From assembly GCF_001465295.1 (NCBI RefSeq), contig NZ_CP011034.1, forward strand, positions 2,760,001-2,792,000: a stretch of DNA of 32,000 nt. Reading direction: 5' to 3'. Positions within the stretch are counted from its first letter, which is position 1. The number at the start of each line of letters is the position of its first letter. The DNA is from Pseudoalteromonas translucida KMM 520. Its GTDB lineage: Bacteria > Pseudomonadota > Gammaproteobacteria > Enterobacterales > Alteromonadaceae. Position numbers and translations under genes: made by a program. The notes under the pieces were generated by a model that ran no database searches, had not been told where the DNA came from, and was given only the letters and a program-made list of their open reading frames with translations. This document shows, one piece after another, positions 1 to 7,116 of this stretch.

Positions 1-1157
1 ACGGCATTGAACTTGAAGAGTTAGTACAAAAGCGTACTGGTAACATGATGCAGCCAAAACTAGCGGCTAAAATCGAAAAAGATACTCGCAAAGTATTCGC
101 TGGCGGCATTGAAGCACATGGCACCGACGCCCTTCGCTTTACGCTTGCAGCAATGGCCTCTACCGGTCGCGATATTAACTGGGACATGAACCGCCTTGAA
201 GGTTACCGTAACTTCTGTAACAAACTATGGAACGCGAGTCGTTACGTATTAATGAACACAGAAGAGCAAGACTGTGGCTTTGCAACCGATGCACAAAAAG
301 AGTTGTCGTTAGCCGATCGCTGGATTTTAGGTCAATTTGAGTCAACTGTTAAAAGTTATACTGAGCATTTAGATAATTACCGCTTTGACTTAGCAGCTAA
401 CACGCTGTACGAGTTTACTTGGCACCAATTTTGCGATTGGTACTTAGAGCTAACTAAACCGGTATTATTTAAAGGCAGTGAAGAGCAGCAACGTGGCACA
501 CGTAATACACTAATTACCGTACTTGAAAGCTTGTTGCGTTTAATGCACCCAATGATGCCATACATCACCGAAACTATTTGGCAACGTGTAGCACCACTTG
601 CAGGCCTTGAAACAGAGAACACCAGTATTATGGTACAAGCATTCCCTGTTTATAATGCAGCTAGCGTTGATGCCAAAGCAATGGACGATTTAGAATGGGT
701 TAAACAATTCATTTTAGCAATTCGTAACATTCGTGGTGAAATGGACATTAGCCCAAGTAAGCCGCTTAGCGTACTACTTGCAAATGCTTCGAGCGACGAC
801 GTGCGCCGCATTGAGGAGAACAACTCATTTTTAGCATCACTTGCAAAAATTGAAGAGTTCACCATGCTTGAAAATAAAGATGATGCGCCTGCGTGTGCAG
901 CATCTTATGTTGGTAATCTTGAAATTATGATCCCAATGGCGGGTTTAATTGACGTAGAAGCCGAGCTTTCACGTATTAATAAACAACTCGAAAAAGCCGA
1001 AAAAGGCCTAGCACAAGTGCAAAACAAACTCGCTAACGAAAAGTTTGTTAACAACGCACCAGAAGCGGTACTTGCTAAAGAAAATGCCAAACTAGCTGAG
1101 TTTAGCGACGCTAAAACCAAGCTACTTGAGCAAAAAGCAAAAATAGAAAGCTTATAA
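1..1157 (+). CDS. valS: valyl-tRNA synthetase, C-terminal portion (5' end upstream of window)
   Basis: Frame stays open from base 3. [46 protein letters not shown] matches the ValRS anticodon-binding region as remembered from E. coli. The characteristic C-terminal coiled coil follows. TAA at 1155-1157. Confidence 0.95.
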   Translation, partial: GIELEELVQKRTGNMMQPKLAAKIEKDTRKVFAGGIEAHGTDALRFTLAAMASTGRDINWDMNRLEGYRNFCNKLWNASRYVLMNTEEQDCGFATDAQKELSLADRWILGQFESTVKSYTEHLDNYRFDLAANTLYEFTWHQFCDWYLELTKPVLFKGSEEQQRGTRNTLITVLESLLRLMHPMMPYITETIWQRVAPLAGLETENTSIMVQAFPVYNAASVDAKAMDDLEWVKQFILAIRNIRGEMDISPSKPLSVLLANASSDDVRRIEENNSFLASLAKIEEFTMLENKDDAPACAASYVGNLEIMIPMAGLIDVEAELSRINKQLEKAEKGLAQVQNKLANEKFVNNAPEAVLAKENAKLAEFSDAKTKLLEQKAKIESL

Positions 1158-1163
1158 TTTAGT

Positions 1164-1190
1164 TTCCGGGCATTAGCCCGGAACATTTTT
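1164..1190 (+). terminator. intrinsic terminator candidate after valS
   Basis: TTCCGGGC-ATTA-GCCCGGAA hairpin (1164-1183) followed by CATTTTT. Confidence 0.6.
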
Positions 1191-1199
1191 ATAGGCATT

Positions 1200-1240
1200 A
1201 AAAAAGCCGCGCTATGTAATTTCATAGCGCGGCTTTTTTG
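1200..1240. terminator. bidirectional intrinsic terminator shared by convergent valS and fadL-like gene
   Basis: AAGCCGCGCTAT (1204-1215) pairs with ATAGCGCGGCTT (1224-1235): 12-bp stem, 8-nt loop. An A-run on the left and T6 on the right make it read as hairpin plus U-run on either strand. Confidence 0.75.
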
Positions 1241-1242
1241 TG

Positions 1243-1328
1243 GCTCTAAGCTCTAAGCTCTAAGCTCTAGGCTCTAGGCTCTAGGCTCTAGGCTCTAGGC
1301 TCTAGGCTCTAGGCTCTAGGCTCTAGGC
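1243..1328. repeat. heptanucleotide tandem array (GCTCTAA)x3 (GCTCTAG)x9
   Basis: Counted directly: 12 perfect head-to-tail 7-mers from 1243 to 1326 plus a partial GC. There are two internally homogeneous variant blocks. The array ends 5 nt from the fadL-like stop codon. Confidence 0.97.
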
Positions 1329-1333
1329 AAGTA

Positions 1334-2590
1334 TTAAAATCTATAGTTGTACTGTGCGCCAACTAATACAGCATGACCTTTTGATTCAAAAGACCACTGC
1401 TGACCAAGCTTATCAGTTTCTGTAAAGTTCTGTGTTTTACCGCGTAGTACACTCACACCTAAATCAAAGTCTGAATGCTGATCAATTGCATAGTTACCAC
1501 CAAACGAAAACCAAAAACGGTCTGTATCTGGGATAGAAATCGACATATGGTTTTTATCAGCTGGCGACTCATCAAACGCAACACCGGCACGTAATAATAG
1601 GTTTTCACTGTATTGGTAATCAGAGCCAATTGCGTAACGCATAGAATCTGAGTAGTTTTCTTCTTTTGTAAATGCAGGAATTGGAGCACCTATATCAGCT
1701 TCTAGCTTGTCAAAGCTACTCCAACCTGTCCACATTACACTGTAGTGTAAACCAAGCTTTTCATCTAACTGGTGCGAACCAGAAAATTCAGCAATAGCTG
1801 GTAACGTAATTTCAACACTACCAGGAATTGACGCACCTTCTGTACCACCTAATGCTGCTGGTAATTCGCTTGAGAAAGTTCCCTCAAAAGTAATATCGGT
1901 TTCGCTGCGGTAGTTAAAACCAAAGCGGCTGTTTTCATCAAGTTGATACATTAAGCCTAAATTTAAACCTAAACCAGTATCGTCACCTTCTAAGTGAACT
2001 GCATCAGTTGAAGCTGGAATTGGTGTTGGTGATGCGCCAAACTTACGAATTATCGTTGCATCTGCATAAATATAGTTTAAGCCAATACCAAAGCTAAATT
2101 GCTCTGTTACTTTATAAGCAACACTGGCATTTAAGTTAACCGTTACAATTTCAGTTTCACCGGCGATTTGACCTGCAGCATAGTCACCATTAAATTCTGT
2201 GGCTAAGCCAAAGTTAGAAAATGCACCAAAGCCAACAGACACTTTATCGTTAACTGGCATGGTAAAGTAACCCGCAGGTACAATTGCATTAGGAGCGATG
2301 CTGTCATTATTTAGTACGCTTGGATCCATACCGTTATTTGTATCAGTACCTTTTAAGCTTACATCAGGAAGTACAGCAATACCCGCCACTGATATTTGTT
2401 TTTCTTTAAATAGTGACATTAATGCTGGGTTACGAGCTACTACAGACGCATCGTCTGCGATTGAAGCTTCACCTGCATAGGCGCGACCGAGTCCTGAGGC
2501 ATTTTGCTCAGATAACTGAAATGCTGCAGCAAAACTATCTGCTGAAACAAGTACCAGCGACGCGGCGATTAGAGTTTTAGTAAATTTCAT
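1334..2590 (-). CDS. fadL: outer-membrane long-chain fatty acid / hydrophobic compound transporter, FadL/TodX family
   Basis: Signal peptide MKFTKTLIAASLVLVSADSFA. N-terminal AFQLSEQNASGLGRAYAGEA motif is typical of FadL. Barrel-like alternating pattern with C-terminal aromatic end YNYRF. ATG at 2590 is preceded by AAGGAAA. The ORF-track start at 2608 is a TTG extension. Confidence 0.85.
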   Translation of the reverse strand: MKFTKTLIAASLVLVSADSFAAAFQLSEQNASGLGRAYAGEASIADDASVVARNPALMSLFKEKQISVAGIAVLPDVSLKGTDTNNGMDPSVLNNDSIAPNAIVPAGYFTMPVNDKVSVGFGAFSNFGLATEFNGDYAAGQIAGETEIVTVNLNASVAYKVTEQFSFGIGLNYIYADATIIRKFGASPTPIPASTDAVHLEGDDTGLGLNLGLMYQLDENSRFGFNYRSETDITFEGTFSSELPAALGGTEGASIPGSVEITLPAIAEFSGSHQLDEKLGLHYSVMWTGWSSFDKLEADIGAPIPAFTKEENYSDSMRYAIGSDYQYSENLLLRAGVAFDESPADKNHMSISIPDTDRFWFSFGGNYAIDQHSDFDLGVSVLRGKTQNFTETDKLGQQWSFESKGHAVLVGAQYNYRF

Positions 2591-2710
2591 TGTTGTTTCC
2601 TTAACCAAACTTATTGTTCGGGTAGCTATGTGTGTTGTTATTAGGATTTCAAACCTGATTACACTACATTAATTTTTTATAAAAAACTCTACAAACACGT
2701 CAAAAAACAG

Positions 2711-2728
2711 TAAAAAACACGTTTTTTA
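2711..2728. promoter_or_regulatory. candidate operator: palindrome TAAAAAAC-AC-GTTTTTTA upstream of fadL-like gene
   Basis: 8+8 bp perfect arms around a 2-nt centre, about 120 nt upstream of the fadL ATG. It has the AAAC-N2-GTTT architecture. A second AAACACGT copy lies at 2693-2700. Confidence 0.3.
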
Positions 2729-2873
2729 ACGACCATTTAACAACTTATTAAAACTCATCGGACTAGAACTGTGCTATTAGAGCACAAGCTCTAATTGTAA
2801 TTGATTCTCATTTGGATTGACTTGAAGTGCGCTGCAATCTACACTCTCTATAAAACTATAGTGAGGGAAAACG

Positions 2874-3197
2874 GTGAGTATTTTACTTATTTTGGCTGGG
2901 CTTATTTTTTGTGGCGCTAGTGTGTTTTGTTTTTATAAAGCAAACTATTGTGCGTGTACGCGTGCTGGGCAGTGTGATAATCCCGTTAATCACTTTTGGC
3001 TGGGCGCTATTACTTGTGCATTAATCTCGCTAACATTTTGCTGTTTAGCACTGCATGTAGAGCTAGGTACTTTATTGTGGTTAACATTAATGGCAAGTTG
3101 CTTTTTAGGTGCGTTTATTTCGGCTAAAAAAAGCCAAAAACGCAAATGTGCTAACGCTATAAAAGTAAATGCTCTTTTAATAAACGAGACAAGTTAA
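2874..3197 (+). CDS. hypothetical small Cys-rich membrane protein (GTG start)
   Basis: 107 codons with three clearly hydrophobic segments and 10 Cys. GAGGGAAAACG precedes the GTG. No family recognised. The 3' end overlaps the convergent HD-GYP gene by 41 nt. Confidence 0.4.
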   Translation: MSILLILAGLIFCGASVFCFYKANYCACTRAGQCDNPVNHFWLGAITCALISLTFCCLALHVELGTLLWLTLMASCFLGAFISAKKSQKRKCANAIKVNALLINETS

Positions 3198-4371
3198 TCT
3201 GATAATCAAGGGGTTTAACACTGGCAATAATTTTAAGTTTTTCACTAGCTTCACTCAAATCAATATCTTTTGGCGTAACATGATGGCCATGTTTCGCATT
3301 ATAAAATAACTTAACCTTAGGTTTAATTGGGTTAAGGTTATTTCCTTCAAGTACTAATGCTAAGCGTTCATTGGTCAGCTTTACAATAGTGCCTACCGGG
3401 TGTACTCCCAAGCACTTAATAAATAGCTGCACTAATTCAGCATCAAACAGCTGCTTATTGGCAAGTAAATAACGCAGTGCATTAATTGGCTCGTCACCAT
3501 TTTGATGAGGCCTATCTGCTGTTATCGCGTCGTATACATCTACAATTGCCATTATACGAGCAGGACGACTTAGCTTATCAGCACTTATACCACGTGGGTA
3601 GCCAGAACCATCTAACCGTTCGTGATGGTTTACTATCATGTCCATCATTAATGACGCTATTCCTTTTTCGCCTTTAACTAAACCTAAACTTTGTACAACA
3701 TGTTTTTTTATTGCAGCAAACTCATTATTAGTTACTTTAGTCTGCTTTGATAATATACCCTGCGGCACTTTTGCCTGACCTAAATCATGCAGCAATGCCC
3801 CCATTGCAAGCTGCTGCACAGTAGACTCTTCATAGCCTAAGTATTTAGCAAATACTGCTGCAAAAATGGCGCAGTTGATCATATGACGCCAATTATAGCT
3901 GTGTTTGTCTTTAAGGCGGGTAAGAATGGTCATTGCATTGGGGTTTCTAAATACCGATGCCACTATTTCACCGGCAATTTCATCTAATACATTTAAATTA
4001 AGCGTGAGCCCTGCTGTTAAGTCACCATATAAAGCCTGTATTTTGCGATTATGCTGCTCATAGCTTACGCTCGCTTTTGCAAACTCTTGCTCTACCGATA
4101 TAGCGACAGCAGCTTTAGCTGGCTTTTCTTGGCTGCTAGCTACTTTAGCTTTATTTTGTGGTTTGTATTTGGCGGGTATCTCAACATCACTCTTAGTAAA
4201 ATCAATTAGTAGCTCTAGCACCCCTTCTGTTACTAAACGCTTAATTATTGACTTATCACGCACTAGTCCACTGGTTTTGATTTTTATACTACTAATGCTT
4301 TCATGCTGCTTGGTAACATTGTCAACAAACATGCCAGGGACAAGCTCAGATATAGGTAAAGTGATAAGCAT
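3157..4371 (-). CDS. HD-GYP domain c-di-GMP phosphodiesterase with DUF3391-like N-terminal domain
   Basis: LLHDLGQAKVP (HD) and HHERLDGSGYPRG (GYP) motifs. The N-terminus MLITLPISELVPGMFV resembles the usual HD-GYP N-terminal domain. Confidence 0.9.
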   Translation of the reverse strand: MLITLPISELVPGMFVDNVTKQHESISSIKIKTSGLVRDKSIIKRLVTEGVLELLIDFTKSDVEIPAKYKPQNKAKVASSQEKPAKAAVAISVEQEFAKASVSYEQHNRKIQALYGDLTAGLTLNLNVLDEIAGEIVASVFRNPNAMTILTRLKDKHSYNWRHMINCAIFAAVFAKYLGYEESTVQQLAMGALLHDLGQAKVPQGILSKQTKVTNNEFAAIKKHVVQSLGLVKGEKGIASLMMDMIVNHHERLDGSGYPRGISADKLSRPARIMAIVDVYDAITADRPHQNGDEPINALRYLLANKQLFDAELVQLFIKCLGVHPVGTIVKLTNERLALVLEGNNLNPIKPKVKLFYNAKHGHHVTPKDIDLSEASEKLKIIASVKPLDYQINLSRLLKEHLLL

Positions 4372-4474
4372 AAGTGCGGGAGGTTCTACAATTATAAGGT
4401 GTGTCTCTTAAATAGCACTTTTCAACCTTAAATGTCTACTTTTAAAGTTTTTACTAGTAATAAATAGCTACAAA

Positions 4475-4696
4475 CTAAGCGAGTGAAATCGTTTTAATTT
4501 TATCTAGCCGTATTTTTATTATTTTGTTTGTTGGCTCTTGCAGCACCAAAAACTCGCCTTCGCCTTTAATGTTCTCTAAGGTTTTAGCAACACCCACTAA
4601 GGTTTGGGTATCTAATGTGATAGTCACTTTATTTGCACGCATGCAATAAAGCTCAAGCTGATCGTAGTCGCCACATTTAATTGGTAGATAAGTCAT
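4475..4696 (-). CDS. rof: Rho-binding antiterminator Rof (YaeO family)
   Basis: 73 aa. YLPIKCGDYDQLELYCM and IRLDKIKTISL parallel E. coli Rof YQPINCDDYDNLELACQ and LRLDKITSF. Confidence 0.8.
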   Translation of the reverse strand: MTYLPIKCGDYDQLELYCMRANKVTITLDTQTLVGVAKTLENIKGEGEFLVLQEPTNKIIKIRLDKIKTISLA

Positions 4697-4755
4697 GTTG
4701 AATATTTTTTAAAGGATAATACTAAAAGTTAGCAAGTGTATTAGAGGAATGCAAA

Positions 4756-4830
4756 TGGCGCTCTCGGTAGGGATCGAACCTACAACTCAGCCTCCGGAGG
4801 GCCACGTGATATCCATTTCACCACGAGAGC
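4756..4830 (-). tRNA. tRNA-Arg (anticodon CCG)
   Basis: The reverse complement folds as a cloverleaf. Acceptor stem GCTCTCG/CGAGAGC plus G-CCA, D stem GTGA/TCAC, anticodon stem TGGCC/GGCTG with loop CT-CCG-GA, T arm GTAGG-TTCGATC-CCTAC. 75 nt with encoded CCA. Confidence 0.93.
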
Positions 4831-5042
4831 ACATTTGTTGCCGCCACATCAACTCGCGATATCAATGCTTTGGCATGCGTAATGATAAAGACATCTAAAG
4901 GTAAATGCTAGCGCCATTCGCTCATATGCTTATTATTTAAACGCTTTTAAATAAAAGACTTAGTGGTAGTTGGTAAATTAGCTATTTGTTGCTAAAAAAG
5001 CCAAGTGGGCCACTAGCTTAAATTAGCCACTTAAGAGATAAG

Positions 5043-5849
5043 TTAATGTTGCAGCGCTATCAATGCGTCTAATTGCGCGCACAGGGGCATCACTTTTTCA
5101 TTTATTGAGCGAGCGCTATACCAGCAAATACATAGTACTAAAAGCACTATTTGATAATACTCTAGCTTATTAATACAGCAGTAAAAGCGTTGCGAAAGCG
5201 GTAACTGCTGTTGATACGTTTTAAGTAACTGTTGCTTACCCTCCCTGTTTAGTTCAAAGCTTACAGCTATTGCGGCTAAATCAAAGTAAACGTCGTTGGT
5301 TTGTGCGTACTCAAAGTCGATTAAAAACATGCCCTGCGGGTTTTCTATGATGTTTTCTTTTACTAAGTCATTATGACAAAACCCTTCATCACGTGGTAGT
5401 TTTGCTATTTGTGCTACCGCCACATCTACAGTTTGGCTATATCGTTGATATAATGCTGTATGTTGATAAAAATCCAGCTCTTGCTTTATATTCATCGCCT
5501 CGCTAACTACATTATGACAATGTAAACCAACCAACTTTTTAATTAGCTCAGGGGTACAATTGCTTTGGGCTGTGTCGCCTTCTATGTATTCAAAAATAGC
5601 GAGCCTGTTAGCTTTGTCTAACCAAAGTGGTTTAGGGCACAGTTGCTGCTGCGCAAATCGAGCTTGTGCAGCTAAGCCTAATGTTGGCCAGTGATCGCGG
5701 TAACTTTTTAATAAATAAGCATACTGTTGATTATTTAGTGCAGCGCGCACTAAAAAGTTGTCATTGCTTAAACCACTATGTAATCGCTCACTACTAAGTA
5801 GTGTTAATTGTGCATTAAACCCGTTGATAATATTGCTAATTGACTGCAT
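5043..5849 (-). CDS. choline-kinase/APH-fold small-molecule kinase, ThiK-like (putative thiamine kinase)
   Basis: FCHNDLVKENII catalytic loop and LIDFEYAQTNDVYFDLAA metal-binding segment. At 268 aa it has the same size and layout as E. coli ThiK (274 aa, from memory). It lies 7 nt downstream of the PnuC-family gene. Confidence 0.7.
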   Translation of the reverse strand: MQSISNIINGFNAQLTLLSSERLHSGLSNDNFLVRAALNNQQYAYLLKSYRDHWPTLGLAAQARFAQQQLCPKPLWLDKANRLAIFEYIEGDTAQSNCTPELIKKLVGLHCHNVVSEAMNIKQELDFYQHTALYQRYSQTVDVAVAQIAKLPRDEGFCHNDLVKENIIENPQGMFLIDFEYAQTNDVYFDLAAIAVSFELNREGKQQLLKTYQQQLPLSQRFYCCINKLEYYQIVLLVLCICWYSARSINEKVMPLCAQLDALIALQH

Positions 5850-5856
5850 GAATGTC

Positions 5857-6480
5857 TTATAACTGCGCTATCGGTTTAGCTTGTTTTTGCTCGTACTCTT
5901 CGTACCAGGTTTTAAATCCCCACGCAGCCACTATGGTGTAAAAAATAAAGAGCGCGAGCGTTGGGTAGTAGCCTTTTTCGTAATATAAATACATAGACGC
6001 GGCATCTATTACAATCCAATACAGCCAATTTTCGAGTACTTTTTTTGCCACTAAATAAGTGGTAACTACCGCAAAACAGGTTGTAAAGCTATCAAGGTAA
6101 GCAAAGTCTGCATGGGTGTAATTTTTCATAAAGTAACCAATGGCAAGAGCAACTATGCTGGTCACTATTATCAATATTATATGACGATTCATTGACCATG
6201 AGGTAATGCTTAAACTATCGTTGCTAGCTTTGCCTTTACGCCACACTAGCCAACCAAACACCGCCATATACATATAATAAAAATGCAGTAATGACTCCAT
6301 TAACAATGCACCATTCCAATACATAATAGTATAAATAAGGGTGCTAAAAAAAGCGGCTGGCCAACACCATAAACTCTCTTTTATTGCTAATAATAAATAA
6401 GCCATAGACAGCCCCACTGCAATATATTCCCAATGCGACATTGCTGTAAAACCGCTTAAGGTTTGTGTTAAAAAGTCCAT
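5857..6480 (-). CDS. PnuC-family vitamin (nicotinamide riboside / thiamine type) transporter
   Basis: 207 aa with about 7 TM segments. WEYIAVGLSMAYLLLAIKESLWCWPAAFFSTLIY and FYYMYMAVFGWLVWRKG are typical PnuC-family patterns. Confidence 0.85.
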   Translation of the reverse strand: MDFLTQTLSGFTAMSHWEYIAVGLSMAYLLLAIKESLWCWPAAFFSTLIYTIMYWNGALLMESLLHFYYMYMAVFGWLVWRKGKASNDSLSITSWSMNRHIILIIVTSIVALAIGYFMKNYTHADFAYLDSFTTCFAVVTTYLVAKKVLENWLYWIVIDAASMYLYYEKGYYPTLALFIFYTIVAAWGFKTWYEEYEQKQAKPIAQL

Positions 6481-6516
6481 ATTGTGTGGTTCCGTGTTAC
6501 TAATATATATTAGCCG

Positions 6517-6768
6517 TTATTGTGGAGACAAATCGCCAGATAGAAATTTACATACAAAAATAGCTTTACCAAACTCTTCATACGAGCGTTTAATTTCAGT
6601 ACTTAACACTTGCATTACTAAATCGTAATCACCAAATATTTGCGTTGATAAGGTATTAGTAATTACTTTTAAATTATCGTACTCGTTTAAGCGATCTATA
6701 AAGCCTTTTATAAACGGGATATAGTCTTGATGAAGTGGGTACTTGCTGATCTCTACTGTTAATTTCAT
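6517..6768 (-). CDS. small YkoF/MTH1187-like protein (putative thiamine/HMP-binding)
   Basis: 83 aa. VEISKYPLHQDYIPFIKGFIDRL...KVITNTLSTQIFGDYDLVM parallels the B. subtilis YkoF repeat FRFSLYPMTDDFISVIKSAL...KVWTKTDHISTVLRGSIDHVF (from memory). Confidence 0.5.
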   Translation of the reverse strand: MKLTVEISKYPLHQDYIPFIKGFIDRLNEYDNLKVITNTLSTQIFGDYDLVMQVLSTEIKRSYEEFGKAIFVCKFLSGDLSPQ

Positions 6769-6863
6769 TTTTTATCTCTTTATTATTTCATTTAAAAAAA
6801 TCATTCAATGGTGATTCAATACAGTGTAAAATCACCCTAATTCGCAATCGAAATGAGCTTAAT

Positions 6864-7103
6864 ATGGCACGCAGAATAACCTATACATTTAAAAACCAAC
6901 CGCGCGAAATTAATTTCGCTAAAGATAAATACCACGACATGTATCAGGCAATTGCCGCCGCTGAAGGTATCGATCTTACTAATTACTTATCTATGGTACA
7001 GCAAATCGAAATGACTTCGAAAGGCTCAGCGTCGGTGCGTAACTTTCGCGATCAAGAGTTTGCCCGTATGGGCTTTAGCGATATTTACTTTATAAAAGAG
7101 TAA
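6864..7103 (+). CDS. hypothetical 79-aa protein (small conserved-looking gammaproteobacterial ORF, family not verified)
   Basis: Intact ATG ORF with balanced, non-repetitive composition, filling the gap between two operons. No clear SD. No family confidently recognised. Confidence 0.55.
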   Translation: MARRITYTFKNQPREINFAKDKYHDMYQAIAAAEGIDLTNYLSMVQQIEMTSKGSASVRNFRDQEFARMGFSDIYFIKE

Positions 7104-7116
7104 TAGTACCAGCAGT

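Noticed and set aside
905-1225. 106-aa minus-strand ORF, together with 377-622 and 650-865
   Set aside because: They lie antisense to the well-supported valS frame and run through its terminator hairpins. The Ser/Ala/Leu-rich composition is typical of shadow ORFs.
1243-1328. Could the regular repeat array be a CRISPR or a coding low-complexity region?
   Set aside because: The units are 7 nt, contiguous and without spacers. Stops occur in all frames. It is a simple tandem VNTR, not a CRISPR and not coding.
4697-5042. Genomic island or integrative element at tRNA-Arg
   Set aside because: No integrase is present and I saw no direct repeat of the tRNA 3' end. The flanking genes (rof, HD-GYP, vitamin operon) look like ordinary chromosomal genes.
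6769-6863. TPP (THI-box) riboswitch upstream of the YkoF-like/PnuC-family operon
   Set aside because: I read the minus strand and found no CUGAGA or ACCUGAUCUGGAU-like core. The region is also too short and AT-rich for the full aptamer. This still needs a covariance-model check.
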